Assembly (NCBI RefSeq): GCF_009914755.1
Contig: NC_060937.1
Source: the human T2T-CHM13v2.0 reference genome, Homo sapiens
DNA length: 64,000 nucleotides
Reading direction: 5' to 3' (one strand)
Below the pieces are notes generated by a model. That model was not told where the DNA came from. It was given only the letters and a program-made list of their open reading frames with translations, and searched no databases. Both the position numbers and the translations under genes were made by a program. This document shows positions 27,483 to 40,199 of this stretch, in pieces. How positions within the stretch are numbered: position 1 is the first letter of the stretch; the number at the start of each line of letters is the position of its first letter.

Positions 27483-28144
27483 CTGTGGAGATGTAGGAAT
27501 GCTTTTACACTGTTGGTGGGAGTTTAAATTAGTTCAACCATTGTGGAAGACACTGTGTCGATTCCTCAAGGATCTAGGACCAGAAATACCATTTGACCCA
27601 ACAATCCCATTACTGGGTATATGCCCAAAGTATTATAAATCATTCTACTATAAAGACACATGTTCACGTGTGTTTATTGCAGCATTATTTACAATAGCAA
27701 AGACTTGGAACCAACCCAAATGCCCATCAATGATAGACTGGATAAAGAAAATGTGGTACATATATACCATGGAATACTATGCAGCCATTAAAAAGAATGA
27801 GTTCATGTCCTTTTCAGGGACATGGATGAAGCTGGAAGCCATCATTCTTAGCAAACTAACCCAGGAATAGAAAACCAAACACTGCATGTTCTCACTTGTA
27901 AGTGGGAGTTTAAGAATGAGAACACGTGGCCGCAGGAGGGGAACATCACACACTGGGGCCTGATGGGGGGTTGGGGGCAAGGTGAGGGAGAGCATTAGGA
28001 CAAATACCTAATGCATGTAGGGCTTAAAACCTAGATGATGGGTTGATAGGTGCAGCAAACCACCATGGCACATGTATACCTATGTAACAAACCTGCATGT
28101 TCTGTGCTTATATCCCAGAGCTTAAACAAAAAACAAACAAACAA
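27483..28144 (+). mobile_element. 5'-truncated L1PA7/8-like LINE (ORF2 C-terminus + 3' UTR)
   Basis: ORF 27472-27870 reads LVQPLWK..FIAALFTIAKTWNQPKCPS..YTMEYYAAIKKNE (L1 ORF2p); TSD AAAAT(T)GCCCAGAGC. Confidence 0.97.
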
Positions 28145-28224
28145 AATGCCCAGAGCATGGGAAGGCCTCCATTAGTTATTCTTATTCTTATTCTCCATTG
28201 AGCTCTGTCAACAAAGGCAGCATA

Positions 28225-28460
28225 ATATACTCTAAAATGCATGAGCTTTGCAGATGGACAGACCTGGGCCCTAAATTCTACCCCTGTCACTGCCTTGCTG
28301 CCCAACTTTGGGTAAGATGTTTAGCTTCTCAGTGCTCAATTTTCTCATCAACAAAATGCAGCCACTGATATTTGCAGTATTATCCCAAGGCATAAAAATT
28401 ATGTAATTTAAGTCCCTGACCCATAGTAAGTGCTTGGTAAGTGGTAGCTGTGATTACTGG
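28225..28460 (+). mobile_element. MIR
   Basis: CTTTGGGTAAG..TTTCTCATC..CATAGTAAGTGCT. Confidence 0.75.
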
Positions 28461-30784
28461 CTCTGCTGGTTGATGTTTACTGCCGATAAGCTGCCTGCTA
28501 AGCTGCATAGAGTCAGAGGAATGAGGGTGGGAATGGAAGTTCAGTAGTGGTATGGTGAGCTTGTACTTGGAGTCCCTGAACCTGAAAGAAGTCGTAAAGG
28601 TTAAATCAGGTTGCTAAGGGATTGGAAGTAGGGAAGGGAGAGGCCTGGTGCCTCTCTTGAAGATGCTCCCACAGAGCAACTTGGGGGGTGGGCAAGAACC
28701 AGCAGCTCAGGGTTGTCTCCAGGAAGGTGAAATTCATTGCTATTCTCTACAAAAGGCTTTGTTATTTATATGTCACACTGTTTGTTTATTGAATAGGTAT
28801 TTGACAGAAGTATACTCAGCAGAGCACATCAGTGGGGATGGTGTTTTACCAGCAAATAAATTAGAATCATGGAGTTAGCTAAGGCATAACTAAGTACATG
28901 GCATAAATATGTCATTTGGCCATTATGAATTCATTCATGTATACGAATCTTTAATGCAGCTCTATCAAACCTTTAAATGAAATATTCTCTTTATATCAGG
29001 CCTGTATTTTAATTATAGGCAGGAATAATATTAGTGCATCCTCCAGGAGCTGTGGAAGTCAGCTAGTGCTCTATGTGACAGTTTCTATCCAAGACCTCAG
29101 AGCATGCCCAACCCCAGCCCAGGCCAGCCCCCAGCAGCACGCCTGACCTCTCCCCTTCCTTCCTCTCTCAGCCTTGCTTCTTTCTCCTCCTGTTGCAGTA
29201 GTGCATTGGAAGGCAGGAGAAACAGGAGTGTGAAGCAGGGGAGGACAGACAGCAGGGTAAGGCCCTGGGGCTCAGCCAAGGCACGCGAGGGGAATAAGGT
29301 GCTGGGATCAGTTGAGCCCCGCTGGAGTCCAAGGCAAACATTTCCAAAGTGCTCCTGACTGACACTTCAATTCCCCATTCCCTGCTGAGAAAGCTTGCTT
29401 TCTAAGACTTGCATTTGAAAGGACAGTTACCCCCTCCCACTGACCTTTGCCTATTTTTTTTTCTTGTGGGGAAGAAAGGAGGGAAAAGAACTTAAGAAAG
29501 CAAAGAAAGAGACTGTCACAGTGCCCATTCCTCGCTATCAATCATTGGTGGGGGTGGAGGAGGTGAGTTGGGAGAAACCAGGAGGGGTGCAGGAAGGTCC
29601 CAAACTGCTTGTTGAAGAGCTGAAAAGTTTCCATTTTTATTCAAATATTATTAACATGATGGGAAAAAGCCATTTCCCAAGCTTTCTTATAGGTAATTTC
29701 CACTATGAATGCAGCCTCATGTGCTATTTCTCTTCTTTCTTTCTAACCCTCACTAGTGCCACACACATCTTAATTGTGTATCTTGTCGCCGGCAACCTAG
29801 GATTATTATTTTTTTCTTGACCAATTTATACTGATTGTGTGGGAAGTTCACAAGATATAGTGGGTGGGGTGGAACTTCAGAAATCCCTATACTAAATGCT
29901 GTGTCTCTGATGTAGGTCTTCAAACAACTCAAAGGTTCTAGGGTAAAAAAGTCAACTTTGCTATTATTTGGAGTCAATGTTCTTAGGATTCATTCTCCCT
30001 TCCTCCTGGCTCCCCCACCCCCATTCCCAGATAATGTAAGATAACTTGAAGGCTCCCAGGAAAAGGAACCAACTCTAATAAATTTCTGTTACTCAACTTT
30101 TTTTTCTTTTTTTTTTCATGTAGGAAGTAGAAAGAAAGCAAAATGTATTTCAGTAATTACCAGGGTTTGCCTGGATCCCAGGGCTTGCTGGATGAGGGAA
30201 GGCAGAGAGGGTTGGGAAAAAGGTACTTTGATCTTGATGGCATCAAACCTGCTCATCATGACATTCTTCCATGTCCCGGTGGAATGACTGTACCCATTTT
30301 ATTTTTGACACTGGGCATGGCAAATATATTCTTTTTCATATCTTGTATTTATAGCAACATGTTATTTACATGACATTTAAAAGGTGTTTTGAATCGCTGA
30401 GTGGGAAAGTTCTAGAATGGAGTATGACCTTAGATGTCACCTTCTTCACGTCTTTACTTTCCAGAAGAGGAAACTGAATATGGAGAGCAGGGTCTTAAGT
30501 AAGGACACATACCAAGTTGGCGGCAGAAAAAGGATTGAGCTCAACAGAGGACAGACAATTGCCCAGAAGACTACTATAAATGGGCAAGCGGTAAATACTT
30601 ACAGATGACCTTGCCCACTCCATTGTTTTAATTCATCAGCAAATACACTCTTTATAGCAGGCCCTGGGGACAGAGAGAGCCATCCCTGGTGGATTTCTGG
30701 ACGTGTGTGCCTAGAGGAAAAATAATAGGCACAAAGTGTCATTTCCAGAAGAGAAAAAGAAGATGGCAATTTTTATCATTCCTA

Positions 30785-30987
30785 TTTTCTTTTTGTTTTT
30801 ATTTTTGAGACAGGGTCTCGCTCTGTTGTCCAGGCTGGAGTGCACTGGCATGATCATGGCTCACTGTAGCCTCAAACTCCTGGGCTCAAGCAATCCTCAT
30901 GCTTCAGCATCCCGAGAGCGGAAACTTCGGGTGTGCACCACCACTCTTGGCTAATTTTTAAATTTTTCTTTTGTAGAGACAAGGTCT
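30785..30987 (-). mobile_element. AluJ, tail-side part (interrupted by HERV-H)
   Basis: Antisense Alu from the T tail to TTGTAGAGACAAGGTCT. Confidence 0.93.
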
Positions 30988-31448
30988 TGTCTCATGTGTC
31001 CGTGTGAAGAGACCACCAAACGGGCTTTGTGTGAGCAGCAAGGCTGTGTATTTCACCTGGGTGCAAGCGGGCTGAGTCCAAAAAGAGAGTCAACAAAGGG
31101 TGGTGGGATTATCGTTGTTTTTTACAGGTTTTGGGATAGGTGGTGGAGTTAAGAGCAATGTTTTGGGGGCAGGGGGTGGATCTCACAAACTACATTCTCA
31201 AGGGTGGGGAGAATTACAAAGAAACTTCTTAAGGGTGGGGGAGAATATAAAGAAATTTCTTAAGGGTGGGGGAGATTACAAAGTACAAAGATCAGTTAGG
31301 GTGGGGCAGAAAAAAATCACAATGGTGGAATGTCATCAGTTAAGGCTATTTTCACTTCTGTGGATCTTCAGTTGCTTCAGGCCATCTGGATGTATACAAG
31401 CAGGTCACTGGGGATATGATGGCTTGGCTTGGGCTCAGAGGCCTGACA
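30988..31448 (-). mobile_element. HERV-H 3' LTR (LTR7B-like, with U3 tandem repeats)
   Basis: Reverse complement begins TGTCAGGCCTCTGAGCCCAAGC and ends GGTGGTCTCTTCACACGGAC..ACA; three ~30-bp CCCCACCCTT repeats; preceded by the PPT AAGAAGACAGGAA. Confidence 0.95.
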
Positions 31449-33566
31449 TTCCTGTCTTCTTATATTAATAAGAAAAATAAAACAAAATAGTGGTAAAGTG
31501 TTGGGGTGGTGAAAATTTTTGGGGGTGGTATGGAGAGATAATAGGCAATGTTTCTCAGGGTTGCTTCGAGCGGGATTAGCGGCGGCGTGCGAACCTACAG
31601 TAGGAGAGATTCAGCTGAAGATTTTGGAGTGGGGGTGTTATTGTGGGGTTGTTAGAAGGAGCATTTGTCATATAGAGTTATTGGTGATGGCCTGGATGCG
31701 GTTTTGTATGAATTGAGAAACTAAACGAAAGACACAAAGTCCGAATAAAAGAAGGAGAAAAATAGGTATTAAAGGACTAAGAATTGAGAATACCCAGGAC
31801 ATCCAATTAGAGAGTGTCCAAGGGGGTTCGACATCATTGTTTGCTTGGTTGGCGAGTTTTTGGGCTCTATCCTTGAGTTTTTTTATGTTGTCATATACCA
31901 GGCCAGATTGATTTAGGTAAAAACAACACTCTTCATTTAAAAATATACAAAGTCCTCTTTTTTAAGCAGTGAGTAAGTCGAGGCCTCGGTGATTTTGGAG
32001 GAAAGAGAAATGCAAAGCCAGCAATTGTTAAAGAAGGATTAGAAATGGCTAGGAGAGAGTGAGTTTGATAGTGTGGTGGAGATAGCTGGGGAGAGGTAGA
32101 GGGTGGCATAAGAATGGGAACCAGAATAAGAGTGAGTATAAAAGTAAAGAATAGGACTTCATCAGGGTGAAAGTATTGGAGGGTACCTTGCCACTGAAGA
32201 TCTTCTATCCACTTCAAGAGAGACTTAAGGGTGGTGATTTGAGGTAAAACCAGGAGCCACTAAATACCAAGAGCCTGAGAAACTGCTTGGGTGATTTGAC
32301 TAATAAAGGCTGGTCCGTTATCGGACTGTACAGAGGTGGGAAGGCCAAACCGAGGAATTATGTCTGACAGAAGGGAAGAAATGACCGCGGTGGCCTTCTC
32401 AGACCCTGTGGGAAAGGCCTCTTCACCCATCCAGTGAAAGTGTCTACCCAGACCAAGAGGTATTTTAGTTTCCTGACTTAAGGCATGTGAGTAAAGTCAA
32501 TTTGCCAGTCCTGGGCAGGGGCAAATCCCCGAGCTTGGTGTGTAGGGAAGGGAGGAACACTGAACACTCCCTGAGGAGTAGTAGAATAGCAGATGTAACA
32601 CTGAGAAGTGATTTCCTTGAGGATAGATTGCCACGATGGAAAGGAAATGAGAGGTTCTAAGAGGCAGGCTAGTGGCTTGTAACCTACATGGAAGAGGTTA
32701 TGAAATGACGACAGAATAGAATAGGCCTGTAAGACTGGAAGGAGATATTTTCTTTGGTCCAAGAACCATTTGCCTTGTGTGGGAAGAGATTGATAGGTGG
32801 AAGTTTCAGTGGGGGAGTAGGTGGGAGTGACCAGATGAGAAGGAGAAAAACTGCCATGAGGAATAGAAGTTGGAAAAAGCTAGCTGCTTTTTAGCTACCT
32901 TATTAGCATAAGCATTGCCCTGAGTGATGGGATCTGATGCCTTTTGATGGCCCTTGCAGTGAATGACTCCAGCTTCCTTTGGAAGTAAAGTGGCCTTGAG
33001 AAGAGTTTTTATTTAAGAGGCATTAATGATGAAGGACACTTGCATAGTGAGGAAACTTCTTTCTGCCTATATAACAGCAGGGTGGTGCAGGATATGGAAG
33101 GCATATTTAGAGTCAGTATAAATATTGATGTCCCTTTGCAAGAGTGAGGGCTCGAGTTAAGGCAATGAGTTCGGCTTGCTGAGAGGTAGTGGAGGGAGGC
33201 AGAGCGGTAGCCTCAATGATAGATGTGGAAGATACTATAGCATAGCCTACCTTTGCTGGTGAGTGGCGATTAGGCTGGTGGAACTGCCATCAATAAACCA
33301 AGTGTGTTCAGGGTGAGGAACAGGAAAGAAGGAAATAAGGGGAAATGGGGTGAATGTCAGGTGGATCAGAGAGATACAGTCATGGGGGTCAGGTGTGGTA
33401 TCGGGAATAATGTGGAAGGTTGGATTGAAGTCTGGGCCAGGAACAATGGTAATTGTGGGAGACTCAACAAAGAGTGAGTATAGCTGAAGGAGCCAGGGAG
33501 CAGAAAGTATATGCGTCAGGTGGGAGGAAGAAAATAGATTTTGGAACTGTAGAGAGTGAGTTGAGC
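31449..33566 (-). mobile_element. HERV-H internal region (pol RNase H/integrase and env remnants), 5'-truncated
   Basis: ORF 32478-32762(-) contains CYIC..HQARGFAPAQDWQIDFTHMP (integrase HHCC end and first core Asp); frames disrupted; no gag or 5' LTR. Confidence 0.93.
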
Positions 33567-33658
33567 CTCATTATGTTGACCAGGCTGGTGTTGAACTCCT
33601 GGCCTTAAGCGATCCTCCTAAAGTGTTGGGATTATGGGTGTGAGGCACCATGCTTGGC
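33567..33658 (-). mobile_element. AluJ, head-side part (continues 30785-30987)
   Basis: CTCATTATGTTGACCAGGCTGG..GGCACCATGCTTGGC resumes where the left piece stopped. Confidence 0.9.
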
Positions 33659-34244
33659 TATTTCTATTTTCAGATGGAAAAACCAAGGGTTGAATTGTCT
33701 TTTTCAGACATTCAGTGGAATGTAATATGGACTGTAACTTCCTGTGAGTCTGGGTTAGCTTGGGGTGCCAATGAAGAGAAATGTGCTAACAATGCACTGT
33801 GGTTTCCATTTCCACCTCGTCTATCCAGGAGCAGTTAGAATCTAGGGCTCCTCTGAGTGCCACTGTTAGATGGGGATGGGGAACAATCTAACATGAGGGA
33901 GAAGGTCTTAATGAAAAGAGAGGGAAGAGAGGCAAAGAAAGGAGGAGTACACGTGTGACCACTAAGTTCTGTGGTTAGTGCACTAAATGAAGGTGCATGG
34001 CCAAGGGGTGAGTGGCAACTGAGATCCAGTTTGTGCTGTTTGCCAAGCCAAGCACCCTGGTACGGGGCGAGACTGAGGGGTTTGAGGGGGGTGGGGGGTT
34101 GATGTCCTTTCTGATGCATGTCAGTCCCACATAGGCTAGCGGTGCCTCTGCAACTATACCATCCTAGCTAAGTAGCGAAGAATGGGGGATAGAGGGAGGG
34201 GAGTCGTGGATGCTTGGTTGAGGAAGAGATTTTTTTCCTTTCCT

Positions 34245-34878
34245 TTTTAAATCTTAAAATAGTTAACTGACAAAGATTAAATATAGTCAAAGTGTACAAT
34301 GTGATGATCTGATAAACATGTATGTTGTAATTACCACAATCAAGTTAATGGACACACCCATCACCGCCCATGCTGTATATTAGGTCCCCAGAACTTGTTC
34401 ATCTTTTAACTGAAAATTCGCACTTTTGACTAACATCTCTGCATTTCCCACTCCCCTCCCCTAAGCCCCTGGCAACCACTGTTCTATTCTCTGCTCCTGT
34501 GAATCTGACTTTTTTAGATTCCACATGGAAGTGAGATCGTGCACTATTTGTCTTTCTGTGCCTGGCTTATTTCTCTTATCCTTCATGTTCATCTGTGTTA
34601 TTGTAATTGATAGGATTTCTTTTTTTTTATGGCTGAAGAATATTCCGTTGTTTATATATACCATAATTTCTTTATCCATTCATCTGTCAATGGGCACTTA
34701 CGTTGTTTCTGTATCTTGGCTATAGTGAATAATGCTGCAGTGAGAGTGGGAGTGCAGGTATCTCTGATACACTGATTTCATTTCCTATGTGTATATACAC
34801 TTCTGGGTATGTACCAGATTATATGAAAGTTCTATTTTTATTTATTGAGGAAACTCTGTGCTGTTTTCCATAATGGCC
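34245..34878 (-). mobile_element. L1MA8-10-like 3' end
   Basis: CCCCTGGCAACCAC..TTAGATTCCACAT..GTGAATAATGCTGCA. Confidence 0.9.
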
Positions 34879-35045
34879 ATAAGAGAAAGAGATTTGTAAG
34901 TAAGCCTCAGAGTGAGCAGTTCATGTGCTCCCAGCAGCCTGAGGCTGTATCTTTCCTAGAGCTCTCCAACCTCTAGGGTTTTACACTATGGGTAACAAAG
35001 GAGAGGACAGAGGCACTCAAGGCATTACAATAGGGGCTTCTGCAT

Positions 35046-35070
35046 TGTGTGTGTGTGTGTGTGTGTGTGT
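35046..35070. repeat. (TG)n microsatellite
   Basis: About 12 TG units. Confidence 0.97.
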
Positions 35071-38000
35071 TCGTGTTTTGAGTGGCAGCTGCTAGCTTAA
35101 AGAGAGAAAGTTGGTTTCAATTTAAATTTCTCCCTGGGTTATGGGAGTTTCCTTTTTGGTAGTGGGGGTGGCTGTGCCACCAACGACATTTACAAATTGC
35201 CATAGATCCAATTCTAGTGTAAACCACTGAGCTCTGGGGGTTTTCTCTTGCTGCTAGATTGATCCAGTGACCTCAGAGGCATTGTGACGTGGAGAGTGAA
35301 CTGTGAAGTGAGACTTGGACAAAAGTTGCTGATGCTAGTCCTGCTGATAGGAGATTGCGTGTGTGCATATCTCAGTGGATGAACTGGAGGGGAGAGGAGA
35401 GCAGAGCTGAACTGAAATCCTTTACAACTTGCAGGCACTAAACCTCTCAAATCATCATTGAAAAGTCATTAGAAATCTGGCAGAAGAGCACAGTGCAGAT
35501 TGCCAAGAGAGGACACAAAACCCCATTTTCTCTCCACAATACCTGTAATGAACTGGAAGGGCTGGGGTGGAGCTGAAAAACAGATTTCCTGCCATAACTA
35601 AAGTCTCTTTTCAGCCTGGTTTGCTACAGTTTTACAATGCGTTAGAATTTACATTCACATGTTTGTTAACCATTCTTCAACGCAATGAAACGTTTTATCT
35701 GTCTGACCTCAACCTTTGCCATATGGTACCACAAACTGTTGAGCCTCAGTCACACCATGGGAGGGAGGGGGTCTGGGGGTCAGTGGACCGGCAGCAGCAT
35801 ATTCAGTCCAGGTCTCAATAGGACTCCATGACAGGAGTCCTGTCCCCACTGCAAGGAGGTCATTCCCACAAATTCATTTAAAAGGCAAAAATGCCCTTCA
35901 TGAGCATGTGTTCTTTGCAATTGCTAAGTTCTGCGTCATGATTGGTGCAAATTTTCATTGGAAAAGTTAAAGGAATGTGTGGGTCACTTGCAGCAGATGT
36001 TAGACCTATAACTTGATCATTTTTCAGGACCAGAAACCTCGAGATGTAAGCTCACCTTGGGGTTTGGGACAGCACCTTCTGCCCTCTGCGGCTTAGTACA
36101 AATTAGCTTTCTGGAATAATGAGAACAAGTGTCCCAAGACTGGAGCAGCTGGCTCGCCTGTTTTGAGGAGCGGGGAGAGGACTCAGGGAGTCAGTCTCTC
36201 AATAGTTAACCCAGGCGAATTGTTCGTTGTACAGGACAAATTCAGTTAGGGAAAATTAAATATTTCCTTGAGTGTGAACCACTGATGAGGAAAGAGAGAG
36301 ATAATTAATTATTTGATTATTTGAGGCCAGGGACAGAGTGGTTTTAGAAGAGCTCTAAGTCTTATTGATTCATTACAAGGCCACGGGGACAACCAGACAC
36401 TTTAGCTAATGCCAGTATGAATGTCCTATGAAAGACACACCCAACAGAGTCTTAGAGTCACAGGCCATAGTATACACTCATTTCCTCCCCAGCTCCCTAC
36501 CTAGACAGGGGTATACTCAAACTGTCACAGGCAGATTTTATCTTATTCCCAAAGATCTCCCACAAGAGACAGACATATAGATCCCTTACTATCCTTTTCA
36601 TCTTAATTGTCTTTCTCTGCTGGTATTTATTATCTCGACTCTGCTCGTCTGTGGTGGGCAATGCCACCACTCAGTTTATTAGTGTTGAGAATTTAGGATA
36701 ACTCATCTTTGGAGATGGCTCTTAGCCTTATAATTGTAGGTCTCCGTGGCCATCCATTCATTTGACAAGTCCATATTAACTGCTTACTATGCACTAGGTG
36801 CTGATGAACAGCAATGCTTAAAATGGACAAGAAGCCCTGACTTTAAGTTCAGGTGATATGCTTGGCTTCCTGTAGTTTGATCAAAGTACAAGCCATTGTT
36901 GATTCTACAGCACAGAGTATTTTGTGGTATACTGTGTGAATGTGTGTGTCTTTTCCTGTTTTCTTAAGGAACTGTTCATTGGCCACTTCAACAGCAAGTA
37001 TATACGTATACTGACTATGCTCATGATCTAGGGATTTCCGAAGCATCCAGCTCTGTGTTGTGCTATGCTGGGCCCCAACAAATTACATAAAACCCTCACG
37101 ATCTCCTGCCCTCTGAGGATGAACATGGACAACAGAGCTCAGGGCCCACTATGAGCTCATGCATCAGTTCCCTAAGTTAGTTAAAAAACTGTTCTTGTTC
37201 CGTCTTTTCTCAACATGTTCCTTCACTCTGGCTTGACTGACATGAACACTACACTCATGGCCTCCAATTTGGAATCTAACTTCTTATATGGAACTTTCAT
37301 TAGCTCCCAGCAGGAGCATTGCCTGCAGCTTTTTTTTTTTTTTCCAGTGCTTGGCTCTGCAAACCTCTTTTTCCCTTAATTGATCAATTTTCCTGTTCAG
37401 AAATAGATATAATCAGATATATGGCTCGGTAGCCTCCCTGAAAAAGCATTAGCTTTGTCTACTTAGACAGGCATTAGGTTTGACACCCTCGAGGGTTGCT
37501 TTTCTTTTTCAAGAAAAATTAAGTGACTAAGTAAGAGGGTGCTAAAACGAAGTTGTATTACTGCTTGGCATTTAATTGGGAAACTTGCTAATGTGTCCTT
37601 TGAACTCTTGGTTTTCCCTTTCCCTGAGGAATTGCTGATACTTTGCTTTAATGGCAGCATAAAAATCTCAGTTTGACCCCGGGTGGCGTTATTTGGGCTT
37701 TAAGAATGCAAATTGTTGTTTTTAGTGCATTCATTGGCCTAGTGATTCTGACAGCCACCATATCCAAGTAACTGACTGTTCAAAGAAAGTTTCTAACTTG
37801 GAGGGCTTCTTAGCTCTTGGGATCTTGAAGTGTTCTATTGGTGGTTGGTATTCACAACTCCCATTTCATGAGGCTGATCTGTAATGGAAGTCAATGGTTG
37901 CAAAAAGGAGGGGTTGGGGGAAATGGGCAGAAATTGCTTTCCCTGAATAAAGAATTATGATAGGGTTGGAAGCAAGTGGGCTTAGGAACAAATAGACCTG

Positions 38001-39463
38001 CATCTGAATTCATTCTTCCCTTACTCATTTTTGTGCACGGCTCAACAACTCCCCAAGCGTCAGTTTTTGCATTTACAAAATGTAAGCAGTATATATAAAT
38101 CTTGTCATAACTCAATTGTACAAAAATATAACTTTCAAAATTTTCTGATAATGAACTTTACATCTATTGTAAGATATTTTGTTCAGGATATAACTTAATC
38201 CCAGCCAACCTAGGGGCCCCTCTCACCTTTCCTTGTTTCTTGTAGTGTCAAAGCATTGGAGAGAGCCAGTCCTGACCTAGCTATTATCTGTCCACCAAAA
38301 TCCAACACAGTGACCTTTGACCCTTCTGGATCTTGATTATCCATCAAACTGAGTTTGCCCCTGAGGTGCCCCTTGCTCTTGTCTATGCGGACCCATCAGG
38401 TCCTCTGATTCTCTCTTCTACTATCATGCTATGCATGAGACCTCTGCAATAATTTTGTTACTCTCATGCAACACTGGGGCATAAAAATCTCTGTGGCTCA
38501 GCTAAGCTGCCTTTGTTTTGACTCACTGTACATTTCTCCCTAGAGGCCTCACTGCCTCTCTGGGGCGCTGCTGGTCAATAGGTGCAGGGTTCCCTCTCTG
38601 GAGTTCAGCAACCTCCGTTATATCATCCCTCTCCCTAGCAGAAAAAAATGGTCTAGTCTCCAGGGAAAGCTCTACTCTTAAACTTCACTTCATTCAAGCA
38701 TTTAACCTATGCCCAAGGTCCTTTTGAGTCTTATAAAAACATTGAATCTTTAGAATGGAATGCCAGAATATTTTTTTCTTTGCTTTGCTTTCTACCTGTT
38801 TCATCTGCCCCCTAATGCGATAAGTATTGACTGGTCCAGTTGCTTGAATTGGGAGCAGTGAAGAGGTGAAAGAAAGCACAGTATCCAGAGCAAAGCAGAA
38901 AATCAATTAATCATTCCAAATATTATTCTGCCTCATGGGGATAATAACATCCTCCCTGTAAATTGTTGTAGAGTTCACATAGGAATGTGAATCGCTTGGT
39001 CCCGAGATGCTCAAAGAATAGGTAGGTGTCATAATCCATGCCATCTCTACTTCCCCTCATGGTTCTAAGGGAGTGTGAGTGTCAAGGCTGGATTTAGTGC
39101 CCTTTCTGCCACATCACTTTCTCCTTTGGTTTTCCTTATGTCAGTGTTCTTTATTTGCTCATTTGCTCATTTGTTTATGTCAGGAACTAGGGAATTATCT
39201 TGAACACCTCTCCTTTGCCTCCCTTTTCCTAATCATGTTCCCAAATCTAGTCATTGCCAAATCTAAGACTAGATTATTCTCTCTCTCTCCCTCTTTCTCC
39301 TTCTCCTCCTCCCCCTTCTTTCTCTGTCTTCTCTCTTCACTACTCTCCCAACCCTGCAGTCCAGGTTTCTGCTATCTCTTTCCTGAACTACTATCCTATT
39401 CTCCCCATTGGTATCCCAACAGCCGCTCTTGCCCACCTTTAATTCTTTCAGCAGCCAGAGGAT

Positions 39464-39465
<2 letters not shown>

Positions 39466-39510
<45 letters not shown>
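39466..39510. repeat. (CA)n microsatellite
   Basis: About 22 uninterrupted CA units; likely length-polymorphic. Confidence 0.98.
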
Positions 39511-39511
<1 letters not shown>

Positions 39512-39970
39512 CTCTGCTGACTCGCTTACTTCCAATTTCCTGATGAGAATGAAATGTAAAACTTGCTCACATGTCCTATGAGGCCCTGCCTGACCTGGCC
39601 CTCAAGCCTCATTTTATTCCACCCTGCCCTGTACAGATGCACAGCTCCAGAACCAGCGCACCCTCAGTGCTTCTGGCAGACCTGTCCCTGGGGGACGCTC
39701 CGTTCCTCTCGCCACAGTTGATGCTTCTAGCTTTTACATCTCCCCATCAGATCTCCATGCTGACCTCTGACTTGCCCACTCTCTGCAGATGACCTGACCT
39801 CCAGCTTTGAGAAAATAGAGGGCATGATTTCAGAGCTCCCTACATTGAAATAGTTTTCTCTTCACTGTTCCTTCTTTTCTCTCCCATTTCTCAGAACCGA
39901 CACACCCCACAGTCTTTCCCAGGTTTGTCTTTCTTCCTCAGCTCCTGGTTCCTTCCTTGTTTGCCCTGCC

Positions 39971-40158
39971 TAGGATTGCCTGACAGAATGCAGGACACTT
40001 GGTTAAATTAGGATTTCAGACAAATAGTGAGCAACATATTTAGTATAACTGTGTCCCAAATATTGCACAGAGCTAAAAATTATTCATTGTTTATCCAAAA
40101 TTCTAATTTAACCGAGTGTCTTGTATTATAGTTTTATTTGCAAAATCTGATAAACTTA
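39971..40158. mobile_element. MER53 palindromic hAT MITE
   Basis: TAGGATTGCCTGACAGAATGCAGGACAC..TTAGTATAACTGTGTCCCAAATATTGCA..AAAATCTGATAAACTTA. Confidence 0.85.
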
Positions 40159-40199
40159 ACCTTATCACTTTAAATGTTTCTCTTTCTCCCCTTCTACTG

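Noticed and set aside
27472-27870. 132-aa ORF with protein-like sequence
   Set aside because: It is the C-terminus of L1 ORF2p in a truncated L1PA, not a host gene.
32478-32762. Integrase-like ORF as a functional or domesticated gene
   Set aside because: A stop follows DFTHMP, neighbouring frames are disrupted and there is no 5' LTR.
35820-35841. Hairpin AGGACTCC-ATGACA-GGAGTCCT
   Set aside because: An 8-bp stem is expected by chance in 64 kb.
39971-40158. MER53 as a miR-1302-like hairpin
   Set aside because: Minus-strand 40039-40059 (TTGGGACACAGTTATACTAAA) resembles my recollection of miR-1302, but the complementary arm segment is deleted in this copy, so the stem is broken.
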